Of a DNA stretch of 64,000 bases, positions 50,001-63,497 are shown in pieces. Location of the stretch: the NCBI GenBank assembly GCA_050084515.1, contig CM114271.1, positions 21,824,001 to 21,888,000 of the forward strand, in the 5' to 3' direction. Source of the DNA: Blasia pusilla. Its lineage: Eukaryota. Numbering within the stretch: the first letter of the stretch is position 1; every line of letters starts with the position of its first letter. The notes under the pieces are model-generated. The model was not told where the DNA came from. It saw only the letters and a program-made list of their open reading frames with translations, and did no database searches. The position numbers and the translations under genes are program-made.

Positions 50001-53000
50001 GGAAAATAAACCAGTTCATCATTGATTCAAACTCCTTACCTCTCTAAAGGTCCTACAGAGGAGACGGATTCTGTAACACTGGTACCATAAAGCAGTGTAC
50101 GACAACGCACACCAATGATGAAGTGACACAAAAAAATTTAACCTTTCTCTATTCACTATGTACAGGGAGATTTCAACAACGGGTGACGTTTCCTTGGGAC
50201 CAACTGTAGTCAAGGCCCAGGACGGGCTGTCCCCTCGACCACAAAAACGTGTAATAAGGACACCAAAACCCTCCTGTACATTGCATGAAGATCGGGAAAA
50301 CTCATTGTTTCGACATTCACTCAGGCTATTGGGATTACTATTTTATTGAAACCAACATTCTATGCTCCCCTGCTGCTCTGTGAATTATAATTCTCCCCAT
50401 TTCATTTGTGTCTAACTGGTTAAGGCCTTAGACTTTGTTGGCTCTTTGAGTCCCCAAAGTTTGTATTTTTTTTAGGGTTTTCCCAACCTCTTCAATCCAT
50501 GGTCTGTCTTTTTCTTATGCTTCTTATCACACAACTCTCCAGCTTCTACAGGCATAGTTCCAGATTTCTGTGTCATTTCCTCTGCTGCTTGACTTTCAAT
50601 TCTTATCAAGTAATCCCAAAGAACAAAATAGCATCATAGGACACTTTGTTGAAATTTGTTAATATCTAGTTTAGTTATGCTCTAAAAATAGTTAGTCAAA
50701 TACTAACTTAGTTGGATACTAATTTAGTTAGCTAGAGATAACTTAGTGTTCCTCTATCTTTTAGGGTAACCTTGAATTAGGGCAATTCTCGAGTTAGGGT
50801 TAGCCACCATCTGTTATTTAGGGTATGGATCTGTTCAAGAAGATCTAAGGGCCAGAAGTGCTCACCCTGATGTATATAATGTCTCTGTTTAGAGAGCAGA
50901 AGCCAATTCTACAGCATGCACAGTTTTGGTGAGGACTCCTGAGGCTCTTGGTCCTGCTGCAGAGTGATCAGAGAGTAGGAAGAGGAGATTGAGACTAATT
51001 GCTGTGCTTGCTAGAGCCTCACTGGAAGGCAGGTTGTTTTGTCTAGTATGCTGATGGAGATTGTTTGTGCTCAATGGTGAGCCATGTCTGATCTCTGAGC
51101 TGGTGACATGTGAGGACCTGTAGTGTGAGTGCAAGGTGTGGCTGAGTAGAATCCTTCTTAGTATCTCTTAGATAGTAAGAAGAGTCACATCATGGTAGGG
51201 CTCTGATTTGGCAATAGAGATAGGGACTGATTTGCTGATTGTGTACAAGCTGAAATCATGGATGGTCTAGCTGATGCTAGCTCTGACTTTGTACAAGGAG
51301 ATACTTCTGCTGGTCAATCATATTCTCACACTTGATGCTTTTCTGTACCTGCACAAAATATGTATGACCACTGCAAAAGATGCTGACAGGTAATATCCCA
51401 AGTCTCAGCGATCCATCATAAGCATAGAATAGTCCAGTCTCATCGTCCACAGCAGAGCCTACACGTTTCTTCATGAGGTCATTGAACCCATTCTGATCCC
51501 AAATACTGTCGTCAGCTAGTAGCTGCTCTTTCCATTCTGCAGCCATAGCTTTGGCAGCAACTGTTGGACGCCAGTAAAGAATTCCAATGTTATACGCACC
51601 AAATGCTGTTACACAGCAACCGCAAAAATTAGTGTGAGTTATTAATAGAGTCCATCCTCTTCATTACACCAAATCACAAGGGCTGATGTAGGGTATATAT
51701 GAGCTCAATGCTACTGCAGACTGCTCCATCTGACAGCTCTGCCACCTGAAGACAGGACTCTTTGAGCTACATTATAGTGCTACGTCAAAGAAGTCAAATT
51801 CATCCAAAGTCGTGCAAATTACACAGAGAAATGTGCAAACCTTGGTTCCAAATCTCTAGTTTGTCGTCATCCACTGTATTTGCCACCTCATCACTAGATG
51901 TTAGCACATCTGCTGCTGGATACCGCTCCATATATGGGAGAGGATTCTGTTTCGCAGAAGTAAGTTGGAAGAATACAAATTTTACTTGGCCGTCAGAAGA
52001 AAAATTGATGTGTTAACATGAACTTCAGGAGTATTGGACCAAAAGAGAAGGAACAGAAATATCGACAGGCAGACATTGGGAGACAACTTTATGTTGGAAC
52101 TGTTGGCATGGCTACTCTCAGGTTTCTTGCTTCATCCAATGAAACTCATACCCAAGATTCTGCAAGGCAACACCCACATTGTTTTTCCTGCGCCAAAATC
52201 TGTCATCTCACAGCCTTTTCAGATCTTTTTAACACAAATCTGCTTCGACTTATCATACAGCTAGGGCATAATCAAGATAACCGAGCCAATAATGAGACCC
52301 TCAACTTCTGCTTGCAATTGGTAAAAAAACAAAAGGCAAGTTTAAACGGCCGACCTTCAACCAGACCATATCCGTATCACACATGAGTAGCTCATACTCA
52401 AGTGAAAGAAATGCATTGACCAATATGACTTTCTCCCGCCCCATCTTGTGGAATGAGGGAGTTCCCCAACCAACATCAAATGTCTTCATGTTGCTTCCCA
52501 TATCAAAAACAGGAATTCCAACCCTGTATAATGCTTCCAGCAGCTGCACATCCATCGCCCCTACATCATTTCAAACAATAAACAATATTGAGACAGATTC
52601 CCAGCGGATATTGAACCAACATCTGACACAAACCAAGGTAACATCCCCTATAACCACCTTGCAGGACTTCAGAATCAGAGACATGGGTACGACATACGGA
52701 CTTTAGTTCTGGCCCAACAGTGAAAACTCCAAGTAACTGGCATAAAATGCCTTAGGATCTCCACATAGCTGGAAAATAACAGTTGTGCGGTCCTTGGAAG
52801 GCAACAGAGAAACTTTTGCACCCAGATTTGCTGAGACTTAATGTGCGGCAACAATTGGTGCAGGCATTTTATAAAGAGAAGGCTACAAACGGCCAAGTGG
52901 AAGCTGAATAACTAGATGGATGGCATTTATTGCAAGGCATTGACTACTAAATCTATCTGTCATGCGTCCTGGATACCCAAGTCACATAAATCATCCATAC

Positions 53001-54433
53001 ATGGTATGATACCACTAAAAGTCAGTACTCTTGAAAGTAATAAAAAGTTGTGTCTTCTGAAAACCCAAGGGCATTCACAGAGTGAGGCGTTACCAACAAG
53101 AAGATTTGTAACTCCGTTGTCAGTCAAACTCTTCACCCATGACCGAACGAAACCCATGAAAGCATGGTTGGCAAATGTAACCACTATGACGTTTTTCTTT
53201 GCACGATACTCAACCATTTCTCTCTTGAGCGCAAATGCTTCCTGTGGCGGCATTTGGCTGTCAGCTTCTGGAGCGTCCCAAATTGGTCTCTTCAATGCTT
53301 CATGCAGAGGAGGTTCTGAGCGTGCTTTGATGCTGGGCTCAACACCATTCTCCTTACCACCCTCGTTTGTATCACCACCAGGAGACTTCCTTGTGACATC
53401 TGGGCTGATCGCAATTCCGGGTGAATCTTCATTTCCTTCCTTCCCTTCTTGTGCGTTCCTGACTTTCCCAAGCTCAGCGGAATCAGTTTCCTTTTCAGAC
53501 GACGCTCGTGGCTGTTCTTCGTCGCTGTCTATCTTGATCTTATCGACTTCCCCCTTTTTTCCAGGGGGGTTCTCTGACTTCAGATCGTCCTTCACTGTAT
53601 GAAAATCTGCAAAGACAAGAGCAGATATTACTTATTTGAGTTGAACTGTGATAACAAGAGGACCCTAAACGCAAACTACAGTTCCTGAACTCCGGAAACA
53701 GTTCTAGTCAACTGTAGAACCCATCGACCTGAGCACTGGCTCTCCGGGGATGTACCCAATGTCTGCAGAACAGTAATCAATTTTTGAGCTAAGATGTACA
53801 GTACCACCTTAGAACATCCCTCAAAGTTCTCTGCAACAAAAGTTGACCACGACATATCAAACTGAATCGAACATGGTCAAAAATTCTCATGTAAGGTCAT
53901 CAACTGATTGTTTGGGCAAGAAAAATGTTGACCAGTGCGCTACTGTACTGATATCAACTAAGGAACTGTACAGTCCCAATGAATTATTGGGACCCTACAA
54001 TTGCTCGACGCAAACGGGCTCCTCTGAATTCAGGTACCAGGGCAAAGTGTTTGACTAGAAAGTTAGTTGAGTCCGTGCACTATCAGATTGTCGAAAAAAA
54101 ATCATGAGAACTAGACGGAAGAGACTTAAGACCTTATCCGTACTACCTTTTCCCCAATTCAACACAATCAGATCCAGTAGAAATAACAAGAATTTCTGAT
54201 GACTTGGTCCAAAGACCCTTACCTGTATTATCTCTGTACACAACAGAGGGCGAAGTTGAGGCTAGAGAAGGCTGTCCAAATTCTTGAATGCGTGACTGCA
54301 ATTCCCAGTAAAGCGGTCGGCCTAGATAGTAGGAAGCTATCAACATGCCAATCACGAGACCGAGACGCACTCCCACCTTGAGGGGCTTCATCACTCCCAC
54401 GCGGCATTCAACTCCCCAAAACGAGCTCACCAT
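47014..54433 (-). CDS. XEG113: Extensin beta-arabinosyltransferase XEG113-like (GT77 nucleotide-diphospho-sugar transferase), about 13 exons
   Basis: TM anchor, acidic stem, then RPIWDAP..VIVVTFANHAFMGFVRSWV..LLVG|AMD..DVGWGTPSFHKMGREKV..LLMCDTDMVWLK|NPLPY..|YNIGI..IWDQNGFNDL..LGILPVSIFCSGHTYFVQ|..HTTFQYAGTEGKRHRLRE..|MPKMWCRLDRLWFGHPG..|WCCV..PGHIWYDIYWDTKPNWKP..PW*. The start may be 54433 or 54391. Confidence 0.93.
50647..51328. mobile_element. Solo LTR in an XEG113 intron
   Basis: TGTTGAA..TTCTCA termini flanked by a perfect 5-bp TSD CACTT (50642-50646 and 51329-51333), with an internal tatataa. Confidence 0.8.
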
Positions 54434-56639
54434 CCACTCCCAAATGCCATGCGATTCGCGACTAAAGGACGACACCTAGACCATGATGTAAGAACTATGA
54501 ACGTCTCGCAGGGCCATGGCAAGCGTCGGTGGGATGAAGTGCCGTAAACCTTGCCCTGCGAAGTTCATCATCGCGATCAATTATTTGTCTAAAGGACACT
54601 CCGAGGGCACAAGTGCTTCAAAATTGGAGTCTAGAGCTGGTGAATGCTCGCAAGGAACCGGAAACTAAGACTCAGGCCCTTCTATTGAACCACGCTCCGG
54701 CATCGAATGTAATGTTCACAGCTGTACACTCGATCCTACCGGAACATTTGCAGTTCTCGGAACACAACTGAAGTCGCGACTTGATAACACACTATCCCAC
54801 AGGAATCCACCAAAACCCGAACCTCTTCATATCGGTTCTGGAGTCCTCCTCAAGCGATCAGTTCTACGTACTCAAAGAAGGACCAGACTTCAGCGACAAA
54901 CACGGATGCGACAGATCCAGCAACAATGTCTCCTCCTGAACGAAGAGTGACCAGTCCACTTGAGTACAAAATCATCTGCTCGTCTTGATGTCCCCGTGTA
55001 CGCTGGAAGTTCGTGCGCGCTTCTTCTTTCAGGGAAGTAAAGGGAAAATGTGTCTGTTGGTGGATCGCAGTCTGATTGCAGTGTTGTTGACTTTCTCGCC
55101 AAACCGAAACTCCGAAATCGTTCCTCTAATAGCTTAAGGAGAGGACCCAGTGATTGGCAATCATCGATTGATAGAAGCGACAAATTCGCTTGATTTCTTC
55201 CTTCTTTTCGAAATCTGCGGAGTCAAATTCGCCGCCGCCTCCGCTACAGTGCCTCTCTCCCCCTGTCACTCCCTCTCACTTTCTACTGCACTAACTCGCT
55301 GTGCACGATCTCCGGTGCGGGTTTCAGTTGTGGATTTTCTTGGCATCGACCCTCTGGGCTTCGTGACCATTGCCTGCCTCGTCGCAAAATTCGTGAGCGA
55401 CGAGGCTCGTTTTTTCCTTCGCGTTGCCCACATTCCATCGCTTCTACCAAAGCTGCACACTGTCTTTCCCTTTCCTGTCGCTGTCTTCGTATTCACTGTA
55501 ATTTTTCCACGCTACCCGCCCCGGCCCGCCCTGCCCTGCCCACTCTGGGAGCGTTCGAAATGTTTCTGAGCTGCCCCGCGTTCTGCACATGCCACATGTC
55601 TGCCCCTGAGAATAACACACATGGGTTCAGTCATGGGTTCAGTGCTCTAGTCGTACGTTGGCCAGAGGGACACTTTCATATGACGATTATCATAGTATGG
55701 GATATTATTAAAAGAGTTTCAGACGCATACATACGTGTTATACATTATAGGTTTAACAGGAGCTCAGAGTTAAGTTAAGGGGACGGTTTCACAGGTGCTT
55801 AGCATGGGCACTTGCTAATGATTACTTAGTAGCGACGGGGTTCCATTCGCGTGTATCAAAAATGAATTTCAACTCGATCATCTGTATAATTAAAAGAGGA
55901 TGGGATTAAATGAAATTTTTAATCCACTCATGTCGACACATGGTTTTAGGAGTTCTTAGGCACATGTCATTTTAAGAGAGACTTTCAATTAAGAAGGGAC
56001 AATTAATTAAAATGAGGAACGGAAATGCAGGAATTTGCTTAAGTGGCCCCCTGCCCTACTTATGTTGCTTAAGTGGCCCCCCTACGAAATCTCTTGCTTG
56101 AGTGGCCCCCATGAACTGCCACGTCAGAGTTCCCACCGGTTGGTAGAAATGTTCTTCTACGTAGTTACTCTAGCCCAAATGTTTTGGATATTGGAACAAT
56201 CCGAGTTAGGGTTTGTCACTTTGAGTTAGGACTGTTGATCATGCAAATCGTGATCAACACTCATTTTTTCGATCTCGGCACATGTTAATTTGTTTACTAA
56301 TCAGTGTTTACTGTTCATAAGCTTGATTAGAGAATGGATGGTGTCCAGCTACCCAAACATCCTGACCTCTCATGTACTAATGACGATTTTCCAGACTTGA
56401 GCAGACAACATTTTCCTCTGGATGACAATGGATTTTCTGGTTCTAGTCGCAAAGACCAAAATTGTGGATCTTATGAACGAAGGCCATCATCAATAGAGTC
56501 ATCAGCTGCTTTCGAGTTATGGCGAGCCTCCACGTCCAAGAATGATCCCTGTCTCGAAGGGTTCAGCCTGGAAGAAGGTAAGATGACGCCGGGTTTAGCG
56601 GGCGTCAAAATAGCCGCCGAGATGGAAACTCGATCCAGA

Positions 56640-57955
56640 AATGATGATTATTGTCGCAATAGCCGCCACCATAATCGAAATAGCCGCTGTTGTAGATTAT
56701 TCGTTTTCTGAGAGGTGATCCTACTCAGAATAGCGGGGAAAATATCCGCCGTTGTAGTGATTTTGATTTCCTGAGATGTAAGCCTCCTCACAGTATAGCC
56801 GCCGAATTAGCTACCGTGGTAGTTTTGTAGTTATCCTGAGAGGGTCGCCTTCTCAAAATAGCCTCCGAATTAGCCGCCGTTGTAGTATTATTGTTGTCTT
56901 GAGAGTTGAGCCTAGTCATAAGAGTGCTCGACTTAGCCGCATTTGTAATTGATTTCCTTTCTTAAGAGCTTAGCCTACTGAGAATAACCATCGAGATAGC
57001 CGCCGTTGTTGTTGTTTTGTTGTCATGAGAGGCGAGCCAACTCAGAATAGCCTCCAAATTAGCCGCCGTTGTAGTTTTTTTGTTCTCTTTAGAGGTGAGC
57101 CAACTCAGAATAGCCGCCAAATTACCCTCCGTTGTAGTTTTTTTTATCTTTTCATAGGTGAGCTAACTCAGATTTGTCGCCGAATTAGCCGCTGTTGTAG
57201 TTGTTTTGTTGTCTTCAGAGGTGAGCTAACTCAGAATAGTCACCGAATTAGCCACCGCTGTAGATGTCTAACTTTCCCTAGAGGTGAGCCAACTCAGAAT
57301 AGCCGCCGAATTAGCCGCCCTTGTAGTTGTTTTGGTTTCGGGAGAGATTGGGCTTCTCAGAATAACCATCCAAATAGCCGCCGTTGTTGTCGTTTTTTTT
57401 TCATGAGAGGCGAGCCAACTCAGAATAGCCACCAAATTAGCCGCCGTTGTAATTGTTTTTGTTCTCCTCAGAGGTGAGCTAACTCAGATTTATCGCCGAA
57501 TTAGCCGCCGTTGTAGTTGTTTTGTTCTCTTCAGAGGTGAGCTAACTTAGAATAGTCACCGAATTAGCCACCGTTGTAGATGTCTAACTTTCACTAGAGG
57601 TGAGCCAACTCAGAATAGCCGCTGAATTAGCCGTCATTGTAGGTGGTTTGGGTTTTGGGAGATATTGGGCTACATCGACTAGCCTCCGAAATAGCTGCCG
57701 TTGTAGTAATTTTGTTCTCTTCAAAGGTGAGGCTACTCATAGTATCCTCCGTTGTAGTTGTTTGTACTCCTGATAGATGAGCCTACTCAAAGCAGTTGCC
57801 GTTGCAGTAAGAGGTGATAGTACTCAGAATAGCCGCCTAAATAGCAGCCATTGCAGTTGTTTTGTACTCCTGAAAGGTCAGCCTACTCTGAATAGCCGCC
57901 TTTGCAGTTGTCTTGTACTTCTCAGAGGTTAGCCTACTCACAATAGCCGCCGCAG
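56640..57955 (+). repeat. 63-bp tandem array (about 20 units) with higher-order structure
   Basis: Unit approximately agaggtgagccaactcagaatagccgccgaattagccgccgttgtagttgttttgttgtcttc. It shifts 3 nt per 60-nt line, and the variant series restarts at 57025 and 57403 (378 bp, 6 units). Confidence 0.9.
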
Positions 57956-58027
57956 TGGATATTTGGATGACATAATGTAAGTCTTCATTTTACGATTTGT
58001 ATTGGCGTGGCGTAGTCATCAGCCGCT

Positions 58028-61000
58028 GTGAAAGTTAGATTCATTAACAACCCTGGGTCATCATGTGCAGTAAGGAGGCATGCCGAGCGGATACAATTGA
58101 AGCAAGTGTTCTGTAGCTTCGATGAGTTTGAGTTTTCACTAGATTGTTGGTGCTCGCTGAATTATAGAGCAAAGCATTGCGCACGCAGCAAGAAATGGTA
58201 CCGGCTTAGAATATGTAGATTTGGCGCAAAGATCAGAGGCAAAGGCCTTCCTATTTTCCATGAGGACAAACCCTCTAGCGGTTCGACGACTTCAAGAAAT
58301 GGGACGTATCCTAAGAGGGAGGATACTCTTGTGAAGAAATGTAGTTTTGTATGCCATGGTATTAACAACATGTCCGACACGGGAGGATTGGAGGAAAATA
58401 TTCAGGAATATTCAACGGCTGCTAATCACAGTGGAAAGAAGTCGCATGATGTTAGGGGGAGCACGGCTGTTAATGTCAATGAAGTTGCACTTAATGTGTG
58501 TGAATCCTCGCTTGGAGATATTGGGGGACATAGTGAAGAATTTCAAGACCCACGTATCTCGAGGCTTGCATGTGGAATGGGGATCGGAGACCTCAACATA
58601 GTAAGAGGCCGAACCAGCCAATTTTCAAGAATTCTTTCTCGGAACCAAGCGTAAGCTTAGACGTTCCCACGGAGAAAAGGAGAAAGAGTGGTGAAGCGAG
58701 AGTCCCCACCGCCAGGAATGGGGCATGTGGTCAATTTGCTAGGTACATACTCTCAGGGAAGGAGAATGGTACATCATGTAAAGATGATGTTTGTGAGTGG
58801 AGGGTCCGTTGCCAACGACATAAAAGTACAGGCCTATGTGAGATAACGGTGTGTAATTTGGAACACACTTGTCCGGGGCACATTCATACATGGAGGGGTC
58901 CTACTCACAAGGCAAAGTGGTTATCAATGGTATTAGCAGATAGGGTTGTAAACCAACCAAGCATCCCTGTAGGTAGCCTTGTAGAAGTCCTTGCAGACGC
59001 ATAAGAAGCTTAACAACTTACTTTCTGCATGGAGATGCAAAGAAATATGTCGGGATTGGATGAATGGAGGTGAACGAAAGCAGGTTTCCATTTGATTCCG
59101 TCTTTCATACAGCAAAAAGGAAGTCGACCCCTTTGCCACCGCTACTTGGGATGTTTGGAATTTAGAATCTGCCATCTTCAAGAGGCTATTTATTTGTCCA
59201 TCCGCCATGAAGAACATCATTCCTTATGTGCAAAAGGTAGTTGGATTGGGTGCGTGCCATACAAAGAATAGGAAGTATCCATGAAGATTTTCATTGCGTC
59301 CATGTTGGATGGAAATGCCAATACGATCATTTTGGCATTTGGCATATCTCCTCATGAGAACAATGAGGAATGGGAATAGTTTTGTGCACATCCAAGAAAG
59401 CCATCCGACTTTAGATGATCCTGCATTGTTATTGTTTCATATAGACAAAAGGGCCTTTTACACGCCGTGCGTACAATATTCCCCCAAAATATACATAGCA
59501 TGTGTGCCCAACATTTGAGACAAAATGTTCGAACACGGTATGGAAAAAGTTGCCGAAGGATTTTTCATTGCCTCGCTTTTACGCCAGACCAGGAGAAGTA
59601 AGCAAACTATCCATTTCATTCTTCCTTACATTTTGCATGTGCGAGTCTTGCATATTCAGTGAGGTGGAATATTGCATAGGCTGCGACTCATTTGGACTGC
59701 TCTCCTCTATAGGACGGTGGCTATTCACAGTAAAGATGATTGCTATTCCCTAAAGGATAGCCACTGTTAGGACGGCTGCTATTTCCTATAGGCTATTCAC
59801 TGTTAGGATGGCTGGTAAATTGATACCTTGTTAGGAGGACGGAGGCTAATCAAGACAAATTCGATCTCTAGATTCCAATCCTTTTAGGACGGCGGCTATT
59901 TTCAGCTAAATTGGCGTCTGAATTTGAACCCTTTGTGGTCGGCGGCTAATGACAGATTATTTTTTGATTGCGTTATTCACAGTTATGCAGCGGTTAACAA
60001 TGGCTAACAACCATTGAGGAACTTGTTTTCCAGGTATGACATGTGGATTAACGAATTGGAAAGGCATCATATTCAACGAATAGTCGATGACCGCATACAT
60101 ACGAGAGATAGGACCAGAGAAGTTTGCAAGGTGTGCATTCCCTTTGCCACACTATGGCAAAGTGAGTTCAAATCTTGTAGAGGTCATAAATTCCGCCATC
60201 AAACCTATCAGGGAGGGACCTCCACTTGTCATTGCTCGTGAGTTGTGGAATTACATAATTAAAACTTACGCAGCAAGAAAAGTAGAGGCATGTCACCCAG
60301 AGAAGTTCTCCAACAAACTGACTACTTATGCATTTATTCGTTATCGAGAGAATAAAGCCAAATGTCAAAGTTTTGATGTAGTAGCCTCAGATGCAACAAA
60401 TGCACATGTCACTTCCACAAGTAGTGCACACCAATTTCATGTCCGCTTGCATCCTGAGTGCAGTTGTTCATCCCTAGAGTTCCAAGATACTTGTTGGCCA
60501 TGTACGCATGTAATGGCTTGGGATGTCATTACTGGAATGGACTCACAGAAACTTGTTGATCCTATCTGGACCAATGACTTCATAAGGAAGATCTACAAAA
60601 GCAGTATACCGATTGTGAAGAGTGACGAACTTATACCATCTTGGGATTTCCGACCTCCCCTTCCTGCAGTTCGGCGTGGTAAACATCGTTATGTGCGCAT
60701 TCCTGGTGGAAGAGGTGGCGAGATACAAAGAGGACAAGGAGGTGGTGAAGAGATTTCTTATCCTGTATATGAAGAGTTTGTGAATGAAGATGATGTTGGG
60801 AGTGCCCAGCCTGAGTATATCCCACAACGAGGTCCGTTAGGTATTCGTAACGGGCGTAGGGCACCAACGACAAGGGTTGCCCGCACTTTTGAAAGACGTT
60901 GTGGCCATTGTGGACTTCAAGGGCATAATCGGAAAACGTGCCAAGTGTTGAAAGCGGACCAACTTGTAGGGAGATCTATATCTGATGTCCCAACACGAAG

Positions 61001-61424
61001 ACGTCTTGATGCAAGTCGGTTTGTAGCAGAGTATGGAAATCAGAGTAGGCTTTACTCAGGAGTGGAAAGTTTATATTCCCAAGAGACTAGAGCAGATACT
61101 ACTGAAGAACTTAATGTAAAGGGTAGTGTTGTATCAGGGGGAAATTTGGTGCAGTCTACCATGGAGAATGTTTCCACTCCTATGGATCTTGGTAATAGCG
61201 CCTCTAATCGCATACCAAATAGTCTAGTATTTCCGTGTGTTTCTCTTGTTTATGGGAAGTCTGAATCTGATGAAGAGTCTGATGACTGTGAGGAGCAAAA
61301 TACTGGCATATCCTTGGTAGAACTTGGTACTGATTCCCAGTGGAATCCAGAGGAAGAAGCATTTTATATTAGCTTGGCAGAGGAAGCTGCGAAAGAATGT
61401 AAGATTGCAGAAAGAAATCTATAA
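58028..61424 (+). pseudogene. MuDR/MULE transposase with SWIM and CCHC zinc fingers (frameshifted)
   Basis: CKDDVCEWRVRC..LEHTC; VVGLGACHTK (first catalytic D replaced by G); DGNANTIILAFGI..ENNEEWE*F; CAQHL; YGKVSSNLVEVINS; SWIM CSCSSLEFQDTCWPCTH; CGHCGLQGHNRKTC. Stops and frameshifts occur in the 5' half. Confidence 0.88.
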
Positions 61425-61699
61425 ACTCAGATGGAATTGTCATATGTAGCCCATTGGTGTGCAAAATTATGATATTTGTTCATGTTGGAATGCAAAGTAT
61501 GTTCTCAGTGACGTAATAAAGTTCACAAACCATAATGGACCAAACCCTTCCCGGTTCAAGAAGAAACAGGCTTGGAGTGACGCCTATTCTCCATGATTGC
61601 TAATCACACGCCGAGAACTAAATCACCAAACGTTATACCTCGCTCTTTCTGAGGCTTTTGTTTGTTTAACTCCCTTCCCTCCCTCTCCTACCTTCTCCA

Positions 61700-63160
61700 C
61701 TCAAGCCCGACGGCTATTCTCTAGATGGCTGCTATTCACAGGCCCGGCGGCTATTGTCGGGACGGTTGCTATTCACAGGTCCGACGGCTACTCTCGGGAC
61801 GGCGGCTTTTATCGGGCCGGCGGCTATGTTTTAGGCGGCTGGCTCTTCTCTGGACGGCTGCTAATCACAGTCCGACGGCTAATCTCTGGACGGCGGCTAA
61901 TCACAGGCCGGCGGATATTGTTGGGACGGCGGCTATTTTCTAGGCGGTCGCTATACACAAAGCCGGCGCCATGTTGTAGGCGGCTACTTTCTGGTTTCTT
62001 CTCTCGACGGCCGCTAATCATAGGCTGGCTCTTCCGGCGGCAATCTCTCGACGGGCGGCTAATCACGGATATTTGCCGCGGCTAATCTCTGGATGGCGGA
62101 TATTGTTGGGACGGCGGCTATTTTCTAGGCGGCTGCTATACACACGCCGACGGCTATGTTCTAGGCGGCCGGTTTTTCTTCGACGGGCCGATAATCTTTG
62201 GGGGGCGGCTATTTTCCGGCTATGTTCTAGCTCTAATCACAGGCCGGGCAGATATTGTTGGCACGGCGGCTATTTTAGGCGGTCGCTATACACAAAGCCG
62301 GCGGCGGCTATGTTGTAGGCGGTCTTTGAGGCAGCGGCTATTTTCTCGACGACTATACACACGCCGCTAATCTAGAGGTCGGCGGCGGCTATTAATCGAC
62401 GGCGGATATTGCTGGACGGGGCTAATCTGCGACGGCAGCTAATCAGTCGGGCGGATATTGTTGGCACGGGCTTAGGTTGGAGGTTACTTTCTTTAGGCGC
62501 TATGGTGTTTATACACAAAGCCGGGAGTGGGTTTATGTTGTAGGCGATTCCGTCTTTTTCTTCTTCGACGGCCGCTAATCACGGTCCGCGGCTAATCACA
62601 GCCGTGGGCTAATACTCTCGACGGGCGGATATTGCCGGACGGGCGGTTATTTTCTAGGCGATCGCTATACACACGCCGGTTTCCTCCATTCCCTCCTTTA
62701 TTTGTTCTAGGCGGCCTTCCTTATTTTTCCTTCTTCTTCGACATGGGCGGCTATTCACTTATTTTCCCCCTCTTCTTCAATTTTCTTCCTCTCCTCCCTT
62801 ATTGTTGACGGGCTGCTTTATTCCCATCCTTATTTTTCCTCCCTCTTCTTGAATAGCTTCATGTTTCAGAAATTTTCTTATGACGGCTCGCTCCCTTCAT
62901 AATCACTTTCTTTTCCCTCCCCTTCCTTTTTGCTCCCTCGGCTTCAATTATTCTCTTCCACGGAGGCTAATCACAGCCGGAGGCTAAGTCTTTCGACGGC
63001 GGATATTAGGATTGAGAGGGGCGGCTCCACCCCTATATTTTCTAGGGTCGATTATTCTATACACACGCCATTGGGCGGCTATGTTCTAGGCTAAACTCCT
63101 CTATGACAAACCACGCCGTCACACTCTGAAATTCTTTCTTCTCTCGACGGGCGGTTATGA
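61700..63160 (+). repeat. ggcggcta-motif subterminal array, inverted relative to the left array
   Basis: Dozens of (gac)ggcggcta(tt/at) motifs, the reverse complement of tagccgcc in 56640-57955. Confidence 0.8.
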
Positions 63161-63497
63161 TGAACCCAAAGCTCATTTTGAGGATCCACGACTGAAATAG
63201 AGATTATCTTATCTTGTGCCACTATTCATTTTGACACAAGTAGATTTCCTCTTATCTCTTCCAAAATATCCTCTTTTACCCACATGATATTTTCCAAATT
63301 GCCCTAACTAACCTGCCACCAACCAAGACTACTTTTGCTTTTCATTAAAGACTACTTTACTTTTAAGTCGTCTTTATTTATTACCTCCTTTTCCTAAAGT
63401 TGGCTACAAAGGGCGGAATAGCCGCAGAAATTTTCAGAGCCGCTAATCACATCCTCCCTCTCCTTCCATTTTATTTTATTCTACACCTCCTCTCCTC

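Larger units (their letters stand above)
56030..63450 (+). mobile_element. Mutator-like (MULE) DNA transposon; right terminus not seen
   Basis: A GG-initiated TIR-like block with three copies of ttgctt(a/g)agtggccccc at 56030-56110, subterminal repeat arrays and an internal MuDR transposase. Confidence 0.75.

Noticed and set aside
52916-53602. 228-aa plus-strand ORF
   Set aside because: It is the antisense shadow of XEG113 exon 2.
56640-57955. CRISPR-like regular array or Cys/Arg-rich repeat protein (ORF 57025-57477)
   Set aside because: Whole units repeat with no unique spacers and no cas genes, in a eukaryotic context. The ORF is a by-product of the 63-bp period.
61597-62318. Arg-rich ORFs of 162, 81 and 80 aa
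   Set aside because: These are translations of the ggcggcta repeat array.
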